Under the pieces are notes generated by a model, which ran no database searches, was not told the origin of the DNA, and worked only from the letters and a program-made list of their open reading frames with translations. 64,000 nt of DNA from Mobula hypostoma (Eukaryota): NCBI RefSeq assembly GCF_963921235.1, contig NC_086108.1, forward strand, positions 73,906,001 through 73,970,000, in the 5' to 3' direction. Shown in pieces: positions 36,299 to 50,107 of this stretch; the stretch's first letter is position 1; the number at the start of each line of letters is the position of its first letter. Both the position numbers and the translations under genes were made by a program.

Positions 36299-39200
36299 AT
36301 GACTCGAGTAGCAGCAGTACTCTCAATGGATACAATTAAATATTCCCATTTCAGCCTGTTACAGCTGAAAAGCACAACTGCTTCCAAGGTCAGTACAGTC
36401 AACAAAGATGTCTTAATGCATTTAAAGGAACTATTGCTGCTTAAAACCGATGCAAACAACACCGATTGTGGTCAGAAGGACCCACAGAGGACACCTCAGA
36501 AGAACCATGGGTGTAGCTCGGGATTACAAGTACATTTAAGGAAAAGGGGTTTTAAGCTGCCTATACCGACTATCTTGCTGGCAAATGTGCAGTGTCTGGA
36601 GAATAAAATTGATGATCTCAGAGCCAGGGTGCTGAATCGGAAGGACAAGAGGGCCACGTGTGTCCTTTGTTTCACGGAATCCTGGTTAGCCCCTTCCGTG
36701 CTGGATGCAGCGATCCAGATCGACGGGTTTACTATACACTGTCAGAATAAATCTATGGAGTCTCTTAAAAGCAGAGGTGGAGGAGTATGCCTCATGATCA
36801 ACTCTTCTTGGTGCACTAATATATCAGTGCTGTCCCAATTCCGCTCACCAGACCTAGAGTATCTAGCAGTAAAGTGCCGTCCTTTTTACCTACCACGGGA
36901 GTTCTCTGGGGTCATTTTGGTAACAGTTTACATTCCACCTCAGGTCAATGTCAAGCAGGCTTTAGATGATCTGAGTAATGGGATCAACATGCACGAAACA
37001 GTGCACCCTAATGCTTTCACCATCGTTTTGGGAGATTTTAACCAGGCCAGTCTGAAAAGAAAAATCACTGAGTAACTACCATCAACAGATCACTTGCAAT
37101 ACCAGAGGAAACAACACACTGGACCATTGCTACACCACCATCAAGAATGCCTACCGAGCTATTCCATGCCCTCACTTCCGCAAGTCTGATCACCTAGCTG
37201 TACTCCTACTCCCTGAGTATAAGCAGAGACAGAAAACTGCAGCAACAGCAGTGAGGACCAAGAAGGTATGGACAATGGAAGCACAGGAGCGCCTACAGGA
37301 CTGCTCTGAATTGGTGGACTGGACTGCATTCAGGGATTCATCGTCGAACCTGGATGAGTATGCTGCAGTTGTTACCAACTTCATTAAAACCTGTGTGGAT
37401 GAACGTGTGCCCATAAAGACTTACTGTACATTCCCAAACCAAAAGCCGTGGATGAAGCAGGAACTACGTGGTCTGCTGAAGGCTAGATCTGTGGCATTCA
37501 AGTCTGGCAACCCAGGCCTGTACCAGAAAACTAGGTGTAATTTATGGAGGGCTATTTCAAGGGCACAGAGACAATTTCGAATGAGGTTGGAGGCGACATC
37601 AAATGCACAGCAACTCTGGCAGGGCCTGCAAGACATTACTTCCTAAAAAGTAAAACCCAATAGCATGAATAGCAGCGATGCTTCACTACCCAATGAACTC
37701 AACGCCTTCTACGCACACTTTGAAAGGGAGAACATAACTACAGCTGTGAAGACCCCTGCTGCACCTGATGACCCTGTGATCTCTGTCTTAGAGGCTACTG
37801 TTAGGCTGTCTTTAGAGAGAGTGAATCCTCGCAAGGTGGAAGGTCCTGATGAAGTATCTGGTAAGACACTGAACATCTGTGCCAACCGACTGGCAGGAAT
37901 ATTCAAGGACATTTTCAACCTCTCATTGCTACAGGCAGAAGTTCCCACTTACTTCAAAAAGGCAACAATTATACTAAGAAGAATAATGTGGTCTGCTTTA
38001 ATGACTATCACCCGGTAGCACTCACATGGATCGTGATGAAATGCTTTGAGAGGTTGGTCATGAGTACACTGAACTCCTGCCTCTGCAAGGACCTGGACCC
38101 ATTGCAATTTGCCTATCGCCACAATAGGTCAACAGCAGACGCAAGCTCAATGGCTCTCCTCACAGCTTTAAACCACCTGGACAACACAAACACCTACGTC
38201 AGGATGCTGTTCATCGACTATAACTCAGCATTTAATACCACCATTCCACAATCCTGATTGAGAAGTTGCAGAACCTGAGCCTCTGTACCTCCTTCTACAA
38301 TTGGATCCTTGACTTCCTAACCAGAAGACCACAATCTGTGCGGATTGGTGATAACATATCCTCCTCGCTGACAATCAACACTGCCACACCTCAGGGGTGT
38401 ATGCTTAGCCCACTGCTCTACTCTCCATGTACACTGACTGTGTGGCTAGGAATAGCTCAAATACCATCTATAAATTTGCTGATGATACAACCATTGTTGG
38501 TAGTATCTCAGGTGGTGATGAGAGAGCATACAGCAGTGAGGTATGCCAACTAGCGGAGTGGTGCCACAGCAACAACCTGGCACTCAACGTCAGTAAGACG
38601 AAAGAGCTGATTGTGGACTTCAGGAAGGGTAAGATGAAGGAACACACACCAATCCTCATAGAGGGATCAGAAGTGGAGAGAGTGAGTAGTTTCAAGTTCC
38701 TGGGTGTCAAGATCTCTGAGGATCTAATCTGGTCCCAACATATCGAGGTAATTATAAAGAAGTCAAGACAGCAGCTATACTCTATTAGGAGTTTGAAGAG
38801 ATTTGGCATGTCAACAAATACACTCAAAATCTTCTACAGATGTACTGCGGAGAGCATTCTGACAGGCTGCATCACTGTCTGGAAGGGAGGGACTACTGCA
38901 GAGAACCGAAAGAAGCTACAGAGGGTTGTAAATCTAGTCAGCTCCATCTTGAGTACTAGCCTACAAAGTACACAGGACATCTTCAGGAAGCGGTGTCTCA
39001 GAAAGGCAGTGTCCATTAATAAGGACCTCCAGCACCCAGGACATGCTCTTTTCTCACTGTTACCATCAGGTAGGAGGTACAGAAGCCTGAAGGTACACAC
39101 TCAGTGATTCAGGAAGCTTCTTCCCCTCTGCCATCTGATTTCTAGATGGACATTGAATCTTTGGACACTACCTTACTTTTTTAAAAATATACATTATTTC

Positions 39201-39395
39201 TGTTTTTGTACTTTTTAAAAATCTATTCAATATACATAATTGATTTACTTGTTCATTTATTATTTTTATTTTATTTATTATTATATTTTCTCTCTGGTAG
39301 ACTATGTATTGCATTGAACTGCTGCTGCTAAGTTAACAAATTTCACATCACATGCCGTTGATAATAAACCTGATTCGGATTCTGATACTGATACT
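36299..39395 (+). mobile_element. Rex1/Babar-type LINE, near-complete APE+RT ORF with several frameshifts and stops
   Basis: [100 protein letters not shown] followed by a GATTCT-type tail. Confidence 0.95.
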
Positions 39396-39895
39396 TGGTA
39401 AACTCAACAGACACTAAAATGTTACAGCCAGTTTTATTCTCCAAGTCAAGAGCAGATTGTAAATATCCAAGGATGCGGTGCTGCACCTAAAGACGCCCAT
39501 CACATCCAAACCTCAGATTGTGTCTGATCAATGAGTCCAACTCATTAAGGATGAATGATAATCACGTTTAATCCTGCCCTCACTAACTATCCACAAACAT
39601 GCACTTTCAAGCATGAATAAACCCCATAATCTCCCTCAAGACTTCATTTGAAGAGGCATGCTAATCATAACCAACTCTGACTGTTATATGCCTGCATAGT
39701 GTTAGCATTACATTCTAATTACATTCCCATCAAGCACAGGAACTTTCTTTGACATTAAAGAGATCATAAAATGTAAGCTGTTGTTACTGTAATTTAAGAG
39801 CACTGCATTTAATAACGCACTGATTATTTCTCTCATGAGGCAACAGAAAAGGATTTAAACATGAAATAGTTCATGAATAAAATAATAAGAAAAGC

Positions 39896-40625
39896 TTGAA
39901 GGCAGAGTACAAGAATAATGGTATGATTCTTCGCAGTGTGGAGAAACAGAAGGATCCTGGGATCCACGCTCCTGAATCCCTCAAAGTTGCCGCACATGTT
40001 GATATGTTGGTTGAGAAATTGTATAGAGTGCTGGGGCTGGAGTTCAAGAGCAGTGAGGCAATGTTGCAGCTCTGTAAAGCTCTAGTTAAACTACAATTGG
40101 AGTATTGTATTCAGTTCTGATCACCTCATTATAGGCAACATGTGGAAGCTTCAGTGACGGTGCAGAGGAGATTTACCAGGACTGCCTGAATTAGACAGCA
40201 CTCTGAAGAAGACAGTTTGAGCAAGCCAGGGCTATTTGTTTTTAGAGTAAAGGAGGATGACAGGCAGCTTGAAAGAGCTGTACAAGATGCTAAGAAACAT
40301 AGATAGAGTGGATAGCCAGAAACTTTTTCCCAGGGCAGAAACAACTAATAAGAGAGAGCATAATTTTAAGGTGATTGAAGCAAAGTATAGAAAGGATGTC
40401 GGAGGTAGACTTTTTATTTTCACTACACAGAATGGCAAGTACATGGAACACAGTGCCAGTGTTGGTGGTAGAGGCATATACATTCAGGACATTTAAGAGA
40501 CTCTTTGTAGGCACATAGATGAAAGAAAATTGGGCTATCGGGGAGGGAAGGGTTAGACTGATCTTGGAGTAGGTTAACAGGTCAGAACATCAAAGGGCTT
40601 GGACTGCAATAACGTTCTATGTTTT
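39896..40625 (+). mobile_element. CR1 LINE 3' fragment
   Basis: GLEFKSSEAMLQLCKALVKLQLEYCIQF; IDRVDSQKLFPR. Confidence 0.9.
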
Positions 40626-41349
40626 TCGTTAATGTGCCAGCACAACTTCTGATTGATTGAGGAAATGGGCATTTGAAGGTCAAGACATGAAATCTGGCAC
40701 ATTGCTCAGGACCTCCTGGGTAGCAGTGATCTCTCTGTGCTTCTGGGACCTGGAAGGCCAATAGATGGCACCTTCTGACAACTGAAAAATACCACTCATG
40801 CTATTGCCATAAAATTTTCCAAATTTGTTGCAAGGACAGTAATCAAGTTAATCACAGAATGAAGCAGCTCAGAATTACGCTCTTTAACCCACTGAGTCAA
40901 TGTTGACATTTATATCAATCCCATTTTATTTTCCCTACATTCCCAGCAAATCCACCACCATTGAATTCTACCATTTACCAGATGGCTAACAGCTGATCTA
41001 CTATCAGCCAGCACATCTTTAGTTAGGGAAGCCTCTCTACCTAGCATCACCACTACTGAGACCCCAATTACATGTTCCCTGGCAACATCATCTGTCTGCC
41101 CCACAACAGGTTCCCAAGCAGATATTCTATTATAGCCTTAAGAAGTGATTTATGACAACCTCTGGTCCACTTAAGGTAGTAAAGTAGTATCTGGGATCAT
41201 ATTTATAACCTTGAGGACCAGGGACAGCAGCACACAGCTGCATAAAGAGTGAAGCACCTCACAAGCTACCCAACCACCTGCTCCATCAGTTACCACTCAC
41301 CATCTGTGGAAAAAGACTGGGCTCGAGTTGTGAGGAGAAACTTGAACTG

Positions 41350-41715
41350 AGTTTTGAGCAAAGGAAGCTAAGGAGTAATCCTTTAGAGGTTTATAAAACC
41401 ATGAGGGGAAGAGATAATAAGATGGCTGGCCACAAGGTGGGACAATCTAATCTTAGGGGACATGGGTTTGAAAGTGAGAGGGGAAAAAATTAAAGGGGAG
41501 CCAAGAAGCAAGTTTGTTTTTTTTAAAATACACAGAAGGTAGTGAGTGTATGGAACAAGATATTAGAAGAAATGGTAAAGGCAGGTACAATGACAATTTT
41601 CAAAAGACTTTTGAACACATTTATGGAGAGGAAAGATTTAGAGGGACATGGGCCAAATGTGTGGATGTTGGGCCGAAAGGCCTGTCTATGCTGTATAACT
41701 CTCTGATTCCACAGT
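41350..41715 (+). mobile_element. CR1 LINE 3' fragment, decayed
   Basis: tttagaggtttataaaaccatgagggg...gggccgaaaggcctgtctatgctgtataactct. Confidence 0.75.
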
Positions 41716-42597
41716 CTCATTAGCCACTTTAGGATGCTAACATACATAAGTATAAATCATCCTTGAACCAAAGGATTACCGAAGGCAAAGTGGTATTTTT
41801 ACACACCTACCTAACAGTATATCCATTAACTGTTTCCTTGCAAATGATCTTTGCCTCTAAGACGTTCAATCTGCTTCTTAAAGCGTTCGCATACATTACT
41901 ATTAGGCGCATGTATATAACTAGGGTGTCTTAGACTTTTGCACATTCTACATTTGTCAACACAGAGCAGAGAGCCAGTTTGCGAATCTGCTGGAAGCAAA
42001 GGACATCGGGAATGGCGAGGGGTGGGGCAGATGGCAAAGAAGAAATGCCTGGGTGGAGGTGGCTTGGGTATATTCACAACCCAGCCCTGAGACACTAGAG
42101 AGGGTCATTTGATTCCAAACAATTGTTTTGATCATTACAGAATAGCTATCTAGTGCTTCCCACTCCCTCTCCTCTTCCTTCCCATTTATCCAACCATGAT
42201 TCTACTCTCCCTGCCCCCTTCCCACTCTCAGTTCATAACAGAGATCCATTTCAGAAACAGGTTTATCATCAGTCACATATGTCATGAAATTTGTTGTGGG
42301 GGGGGGAGGTGAAGAGGAGTTACCATTGGTTTGTAGGTTTGCAGTGAAAAAAACTGAACTAGTGTGTTACTGCAAGTTCTCCTATACAATAATCAATTAT
42401 AATTCCAATTTTCTGCCTCATTTTGTATCATATTCAGACTTTAACATCGGAAATCCTCACTCAGAATTATGCTTTCAGTACTTACCTCAGATTAACAATA
42501 AATCCATCATCAGTAATTTTGTTATAAACTTAATATCTGCAACATATCATGTTATCTACCCTATCCTGGATTGTATGTCACAATTCCAAATATGTGT

Positions 42598-43455
42598 TGT
42601 TACGTACCCCGTAACTGGGTTGCCAAACCAGCAGAAATGGATCACTCAGTTGGAGTCTGGAGTACTAGAACTAAGAAAGTTTTATTAAAGAAACAAGCAA
42701 CACAGTAATCGAAAGGATAATAAATGCAACAGTTCAGTGATGATAAACACACATGTGCACAGAATTAAGATAACAGCATCAATCAAGCTCTATCGTTGTC
42801 TAGGGGTAAATGACCAATTTCAAAATGACTCAAAGTTCAGTCCAGTTTAGTAGTTCAGTTCGCAGTAATCGTTGTCATGGCGATGGACAAGGTGGGGAAG
42901 AGAGACATAGAATAGGAACAACTCATCATTCAGCACAGCTTCACTCACAGACCAGCGAGATGGCTCACAAACAGCATTTGGGCGGGTCCTTGGTGATGTC
43001 ACCTGAGGTCACCGACTGTGACCCCTCCTCCAGATGCGGTCGATCCTCTGCAGTGAACCCGGCACCCAGGCAAGGGCGGACACACACCGGGTTCCCGCTG
43101 ATCGTACCTTTCCACCCTGTGCGTTGTCCGGTTCTTCTCACCACTCGTGAGAGGCGCACCGCTTCCAGGGTCTCGTTACCTCGGGTGGCGTGTGTGTCTG
43201 TCTTAGCGAACCTGTCCCTTTTTATCCCCCTGCTGGGGTATCGCCTGTCCATCACTTCAAACAGTTCAGGGTTCAAAGGGGGGAGCCGCTCCAGACAGCT
43301 CTTCCTCCCACATCCCTTCATTACACATCTCCAGACGCTGCTCCATTGTTCCTTATCTCTCCTTCCCCTGAGGGCAGGTGGCAGACCAACTGCTGATGCC
43401 ACTGATGCTAGCCCAGGCCAGCAAACATCTTAATTTTATGTGTATTCTCGTAACA
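42598..43455 (-). mobile_element. Solo LTR (858 bp, Gypsy-like), young
   Basis: Termini TGTTACG...CGTAACA, perfect 4-bp TSD GTGT, minus-strand AATAAA near 42681-42686, CpG retained. Confidence 0.9.
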
Positions 43456-44992
43456 GTGTATCTCTAGTAATTCCACTGTCCATCTTTATCTGCAATATTC
43501 CCAATGATAAGATCAGAATCAGATTTATTAACACTGATATGAAATTTATTACTTCATCGTAATTTTTCTCATTCTGAATGTACTTTTGGCTAATTCTTAT
43601 TAGACTATTTTTTAAAAAGTGCTTCTATTGTTCAACACCTTGGTGGGATTTAAATGACTTTGCCTAATGTAACACTACACTCAAAGTCTTTAACTGTCAA
43701 AATTACTTGTTTGCTTCTTATCCAGTCGTGCCTCAGCATGTTAGTAGGACCCCTACCCCACCACCCCCTACCCTCAGTCTTGTTCAACACTCTTCAATTC
43801 ATAGACTACTCTGCACCTGGGATTGATTAGTCTTCAATCCTTTAACTAATCCAGTACCCCTGCTACATTGACCTCAGAATCCTCTGGGATACAATGTACC
43901 AGGAACTCAATGTCAGACAAAAAAGGATGGAAATGGAGATATGGAAAACAGAGTTATATGATATTGTACAAATGGATGCATAATGTTCGATGAACTTAAA
44001 AAATACACCATCGTTTATGGGTTTATGAATAAAGTAATAAATGAAGTACTAATCCTACTGATAATAAATCATAGCTTGCAGAAGTAATTTACAGTTTGCA
44101 GCATGATTTGTGAATAAATAGTCTTATTTTTAAAAGGCTTCACTGGCAACCTATTGTTCATCTGGATAAATATTACATCAAATAACTCACCACTTTGATA
44201 TTTCTTGAGGAAAAGCACTAAACTGCTGCTTCACAGTTTTTGTATGTTAATAAAATTTGTGCCAAGTATCACTAACAACAGAACATCAACTTCTGGCACT
44301 AACAATTTGTTTCAACATCATAAAAGAGACAAAGAAAGTCTGACATTCAAAAACATCAAACTAACAACAGCAAATTGAACTCGTACATAATATTTAATGG
44401 TTTCTCCCTGATATGTGGTAACTGCTGAAATTCAATGAGGTTCATGGTCTAAAGATTTTGATTGGCTTTTTCTTTTTATTTCCCTACTTAGTTCACTAAC
44501 ATTATATTTATTGTTCCTGGGTCATTTGCACCACATCAGTCTTTTAAATGAGAAATTAGTTTGATCAATGCCATGTCAGCAGCATGCAAAAGCTGCTTTG
44601 TGCTTTGTGTGGTACTCCCTTGTTCAGCTATATTACTCTGACAGCAATATGAGAAATTATTGACCCATTTCCTGGTTTTCAGTCATGATGCAGAATTTCT
44701 TTCAAATATCAACAAATACCAGGTTACATTGCCAGCCTATTTATCAACTCTTTCGAACTGCGAACTATTTGAGTACCTGGACTTCGCATGCTGGATATAC
44801 TTGATAGAGCTGTTGGGACGGGAATTTGTGCATTCTCATCTAGCAAACATGAAGGATAGTATGTGACCTGCAATGTTGGTGGTAGTGCTCTTTGACTGAA
44901 GTCAAAGGGTGGACAGTCCTTTGTGAGAGGGAAAGAGAGATAGAAAAAAATATATATATATAATAAATTAGGGATGGGGTAAGAAGGGGAGC

Positions 44993-45100
44993 CTCTCCCC
45001 CTCCCCCTTTCAAATCTCTTATTATCTCTTTTTTCCATTAGTCCTGACAAAGGGTCTTGACCCAAAATGTCAACTGTACTTCTTCCTATAGATGCTGCCT
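44993..45100 (+). mobile_element. Penelope-type terminal-repeat fragment
   Basis: agtcCTGACAAagggtcttgacccAAAATGTCaactgtacttcttcctatagatgctgcct. Confidence 0.75.
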
Positions 45101-45729
45101 AACATAAATTTCATTTCTGTTCTGTAGGTTGGTGGTGAAAAGGTTTTCTGACATTATACACCAAGTCCTTCACTACAAAATAATCAGTTTCCAACCTGTT
45201 CTTGTGTTTATATGATAATGTTTCAGGTCAAAAGTGACTGACAGGACATTAATGGTGGTGGATGCTATAAAGTTAATGTCTTCAAACATCAAGGTGAAAA
45301 TGGTTATTGCCTGGAACTGGAATGGTTTCAAGTTGAGGACAATTAGCAGTCTGTGTCTTACTGGACTACCTCCTTATCTGGAGGTATAAATCAAACACAT
45401 TGCTGTAAATACAACTCCCAACTGCAGAACTTTCAATAAATGACATCCACTACTCCTGTCTGTGGATAAATTGTATCTCAGTTCCCACCAACTTCAATTT
45501 CACTGAAGCTCCTTGATTCGACGTTGATGCTACTCTGACATCAAGGGGAGTTATTCTCAACAGGTCTCTGGAATCCAAGTCTCTTATTGAAATTTGAACA
45601 AAACTACAATGAGGTTAGATACTGATTTACCCTAAAACACTAAAGTATAACACTTTTGCGAAAAATGCCAGATTTATAATCCAAATCGCTTCCAGCAGTG
45701 CTCACAAAGAGGAAGTGTTACTTTAACCA

Positions 45730-46843
45730 GATATCAAAGGTTTATTTATCAACAAAGTATACAACTCTGAAATTGTTCAATTTTCCAGGGAGCCATGAAA
45801 CGAAGAAAGAAAAGAAAGGCAGCCGATCATCAACCCCCAAATCCCTCCACCCACACAAAAACTGGGCAAAACGGATCAGGCACATCAATCCCCAAATCCC
45901 TCCACCCACACAAAAACTGGGCAAAACGGATCAGGCACATCAATCCCCAAATCCCTCCACCCACACAAAAACTGGGCAAAACGGATCAGGCACATCAATC
46001 CCTAAATGCCTTCTCCCACCGGGCAAAACAGATCAGGCACATTGACCCCCAAATTCCTCCTCCTGCACAAAAAATTGAACAAAATGGATCAGGCACATCA
46101 ATCCCCAAAACCACCTCCCTGCACAAAAAAAAAAGACCATTGGGCAAGAAAATACAGAATATAAAAACTACAAGACTGGAAAAAAAAAGTCTATAGTCCA
46201 AAGACCAAATCCAAAACGCAGAAAGAAAAACCTGAACACTCTCCGCAGCAGCAGATTTACCCCTCTCTGGTACAGAGCAACCAATCAAAAGGCAAGCAGC
46301 CAGAGCTCATCCTCTGCACTCACTTTGACGCTTCAAACTCCCTAGTTGCTTTAATCAGCAAAATGGACCCAAACATCAGCTTGCGCCCCGTCCTGCAGTC
46401 TGCCCACTCTAAGGTTCGCGCATGCTGCCTCTGCCTCTTGGAATCCTCTCCAAGACTGCAGAGCACTGGAAAACCCAAACGATCTCCAAACTTCCACATT
46501 CTCCTTAGTGTTTCAATCGCCCTTGTCACTTTAATCCGCAAACAATGAAAGCTTTAATGGCAAAATGGGGTCAAACATCGGCTCGCACACTATCCTGCAG
46601 CATTCTCACTACAAGATTCCTTCATGCTGCCTCTGCCTTCCAGAATCCTCTCAGAGACTACAGAGCGTTGAAGCACCCAAACGATCTCCAAACAGCAAAA
46701 CACAGGCTTTAACAGTTCCAGAATCACATTCAAGACAAGAAACAAATGTAAAGGACAAAATAAGTGGAAAAAATGGTTTCATGATCTATCCAGAAGATGG
46801 CAATCAAAGGAGCGTTGTACGCAGGCACCATCTTAACCGGAAG
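45730..46843 (-). mobile_element. Non-autonomous LINE-derived element with internal tandem repeats
   Basis: 5' end cttccggttaagatggtgcc and Rex-like 3' end (ataaataaacctttga). No coding remnant between them. Confidence 0.55.
45828..46130. repeat. 55-bp minisatellite, three near-identical plus about two decayed units
   Basis: atccctccac recurs at 45841, 45896 and 45951. Confidence 0.95.
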
Positions 46844-46964
46844 GACCTGTATTGACAGACACTGACGTACATAATCACATTCAAATAGACAAATGCCTTG
46901 AATTCCACTGCATCCTCACAATCTCCTTGCCATCACTAACTCACAACTGACTCCTTACTCAATT

Positions 46965-47460
46965 TTCAAATTTAAAGTAAATTTATTACTAAGTATGTAT
47001 CTTTCAGTCCTGCTGAAGGGTTTCAGCCCAAAACGTCGACTGTGCTTTTTTCCCCCCCATATATGCTGCCTGGTCTGCCGAGTTCCTCCAGCATTTTGTG
47101 TGTATCGCTCAGATTTCCAGCAACTGCAGATTTTCTCTTGTTTGTGAAAGTATGTATCTGCCACTATATACTACCTTAAGATTTATTTCCTTCCAGGCAT
47201 TTACAGGGAAAGGGAAATACAATACAATTTTGTGAAAAAATATACATAAACACATCTGGCAAACAACAATATAGAAAACAACGTATGCAAATAAAAATAT
47301 TGCTGAGAACACAAATTGAAAAGAGACCTTGAAAGTGAGTGTGTAGGTTGTAGAATCAGTTCAGAGTCATGGTGAATAAAGTTATCCACATAGTTCAGGA
47401 TGCTGATGGTTGGAGGCGAATAACTATTCCTGAAGCTGGTGGTGTGGGACCTAATGCTCC
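46965..47460 (-). mobile_element. Rex1/Babar-type 3' UTR fragment, interrupted at 47003-47147
   Basis: tttaaagtaaatttattactaagtatgtatct...taactattcctgaagctggtggtgtgggacctaatgctcc. Confidence 0.7.
47003..47147 (+). mobile_element. 145-bp Penelope-type insertion with hammerhead motif
   Basis: Perfect 12-bp TSD aagtatgtatct (46991-47002, 47148-47159). cagtc-CTGCTGA-agggtttcagccc-AAAACGTC-gactg. Confidence 0.85.
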
Positions 47461-47632
47461 CCATGTCACTGCCTCTTCATTGTCTCCAACCTTATTCACT
47501 CACCACATCTCTGGAACACTTAGTACTGTATTCCACTCTTGTACAGTAAAACTATTCAATTTACCTGTATGATAGTGCAATACAGCAACTAAACCAGTAA
47601 TATCAGTCTTATAATTACAGACCTTTTAAATG

Positions 47633-48125
47633 AAAACAGAACATGCTGGAAACACTCAGCAGGTCAGACAATGTTTGTGGAAAGAGAAACAGTTCACATT
47701 TCAAGTTCAGGACCAGACAACTTGATTTTTCTTCCTGTTCAAATCAGAACTTGCCATTTGAGCCAGTCAACATTTTGGTTCAGTTTTTTTTATGTCACAA
47801 GTCTGCTGGCTTTGTCCGATAGACTCATCATTAGCAACAAATTACACACAGTACACCAAGAGGCACAATTAGATCTAAACTGCCCCTGAACTGCCATGTT
47901 ACGCCAACACTCTCTCACTTCTGTTTCACGCCATACCCCATTTCCTATTTCCTCTACGCCTTCTCCTCCACTGAAATTAACCACGGAAGTATTTTGTTCT
48001 CACTTCTGAAGAAGGGCCACAGATCTTAAACATTTACTGTTTTTCTCTCCACAAATGCTGTCCAACCGACTGGGAGCTTCCAGCACTTTTTGATTTCTTT
48101 TCAGATTTCCAGCATCCAGTTTTAC
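47633..48125. mobile_element. Older Penelope-type fold-back remnant
   Basis: Minus arm atgctggaaacactcagcaggtcag...gaaagagaaacagt and plus arm actgtttttctctccacaaatgctg...tcagatttccagcatc. Confidence 0.55.
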
Positions 48126-48584
48126 TCTGAATTTTCACTGAGCCATGAAAATCGATATATTTATCCTGGATGTTCTGCTGGACATGTACTTAGCTCTGAA
48201 TTTAGTTCCAGAAGATCAAGCCATCCACAACATGGCTTCAGACCAATTGGCTCCCAGGTTTCAGGCTCACTCAGGTTTTCAGGTAGGCATGCATTTGGTG
48301 GGTACTGAGGCCCTGCACCTCATGTAGGGTGACCTTAGGAATTCCAGCAGAAAGCAGGTGGAAAACATGTCAGAACCACGTATAGTCCCTCACTGTGGTG
48401 CTCCTCCTCATCACCACTTGCCATCTGTGATATCATCAATGGGCCTCCTGAAAGAATCTGAGGGTTGTCTTTGGACAGTCAGGAACAAAAGTTACCACCT
48501 GCCTAGTTTGTTACCATAGTGCCAAAGCAGACAGGGCCAAAGTTTTGTAACTTGGCATTTAGGAAACCAGAGATCTATGAGCCA

Positions 48585-48945
48585 GTTCTCATCAGAGGAT
48601 CAGAGGTGAAGAGGGTCAGCAACTTTAAATTTCTCATATTATCCCTCAACTATCAGGCTTTTGAACCAAAGGGGATAACATCATTCAGCTTCCCATAACC
48701 ACTTTCAAGGACTCTTTATCTCATGTTCTCAATCTTTGTTGCTTATTTATTATTATTGTTTCCTTATTTTTGTATTGGCACAATTTGTTGTTTTCTGCAC
48801 TCCTACACCCCAGTTGGGTGGTCTTTCATTGATTATGTTATGGTTATTATTCTATAGATTTATTAAGTATGCCCACAAGAAAATGAATCTCAGAGTTGTA
48901 ATGCTGTCATATATCTACTTTAATAACTTTACTTGGAATTGTATT
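48585..48945 (+). mobile_element. Rex1/Babar-type 3' fragment with internal deletion
   Basis: tcagaggtgaagagggtcagcaactttaaatt joined to 3' UTR aagaaaatgaatctcagagttgta. Confidence 0.65.
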
Positions 48946-50107
48946 ATACATATTATAGTATTATGACAGATACATATTTCATCTCTATCGATAAACGCCT
49001 TTATTTAATAACTGTCGTTTTAGAACTTGATTTAGCACAATGAAAAAAAACACATCTGCATTGGCAGGTGTCATTCATTACCAATTTTTACACATATGCA
49101 ATGTAAATATACTGTGGGGAAAACCCAAAATGTGCAGAGCCCCATGAATATCCTGAAGCAATATTACATAAATGCAAATTAATCCCACAAGGTCGTGTGT
49201 CAATATGACTTGATATTGCAACATCACTTATTTCAGCTCTGCTCAACTTTCAGAGCTAAGAAGAAAGTTTTCTTGAAAAACAAGTGTAACGTTTTATGGC
49301 AAAGGTCAGAGACCTGACAATTAGTAAAACTGCCATTTTGAATGACAATAAAAAAATTCTCATTTGAAGTACAACACTGTAAATGCTTACTCTTATGTAT
49401 AAATCTAGTTATTTCACATTCACACAGTGATGTACTAAATTCTCCTTTGCAGGGAAAGGGGCATGGTCTTCCCAAGGATAATAAAAAATGTGCTGATATC
49501 ACCAAAACCAGTGGCAATGATATAAAGGTTGCAGTGACAAATAGTGGTTTCTCTCTCCATGGACATGACATTTTCCCTGTACATTTCAAATTGTAGGTTT
49601 CTGACTTTTGATCCTCCAAAACCCAAGCAAGCTTTGGTTGTGCATCCAGCCCACACTCCGGAAACAAGTTCCCAACACAAGAACACCTACTCTCCTCATC
49701 AGGTGTCCCTGACCCTGACTATTAATATTTCTCTTCTCATCAGCAGCAGACATCAAATGCAATCTTACCTAATGCCAAACAGGATTCACCCATCACATGA
49801 CAGTAACTGTTATATTTACCAACAAGCCACACAATACATAACCAGCCACATGAATATGTGGATCGTCAGATAATAAGGGCCAAGAGTACCTATATTTTGT
49901 CCCAATTAAAATGTCTGTTAAGTTAAATATTCCTACTAATTTTTGCAGAATGATCTACAGCAATAAGAACAAGCTATCACTAAAAGACTGGCCTTATTCT
50001 CACCAAATCCTCAGATCTACAAATCCCATGCACTGGGGCCAAATGTGCAACCTTTGTTGTCATGACATAACTTCTATGACTTCAGGTCCATTGCACTATC
50101 TCTAATG

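Noticed and set aside
42482..42540. Perfect minus-strand donor GAG|gtaagt with a nearby cag
   Set aside because: Poor polypyrimidine tract and stops in all frames.
42810..43433. 207-aa and 145-aa ORFs
   Set aside because: They lie within a GC-rich solo LTR and have no gag/pol/env motifs.
45698..46288. Repetitive ORFs and a CRISPR-like periodicity
   Set aside because: Head-to-tail 55-bp minisatellite without unique spacers, in a eukaryotic context with no cas genes.
49233..49873. Overlapping 80-144-aa ORFs in unique DNA
   Set aside because: No recognisable motifs or convincing splice signals; compatible with chance.
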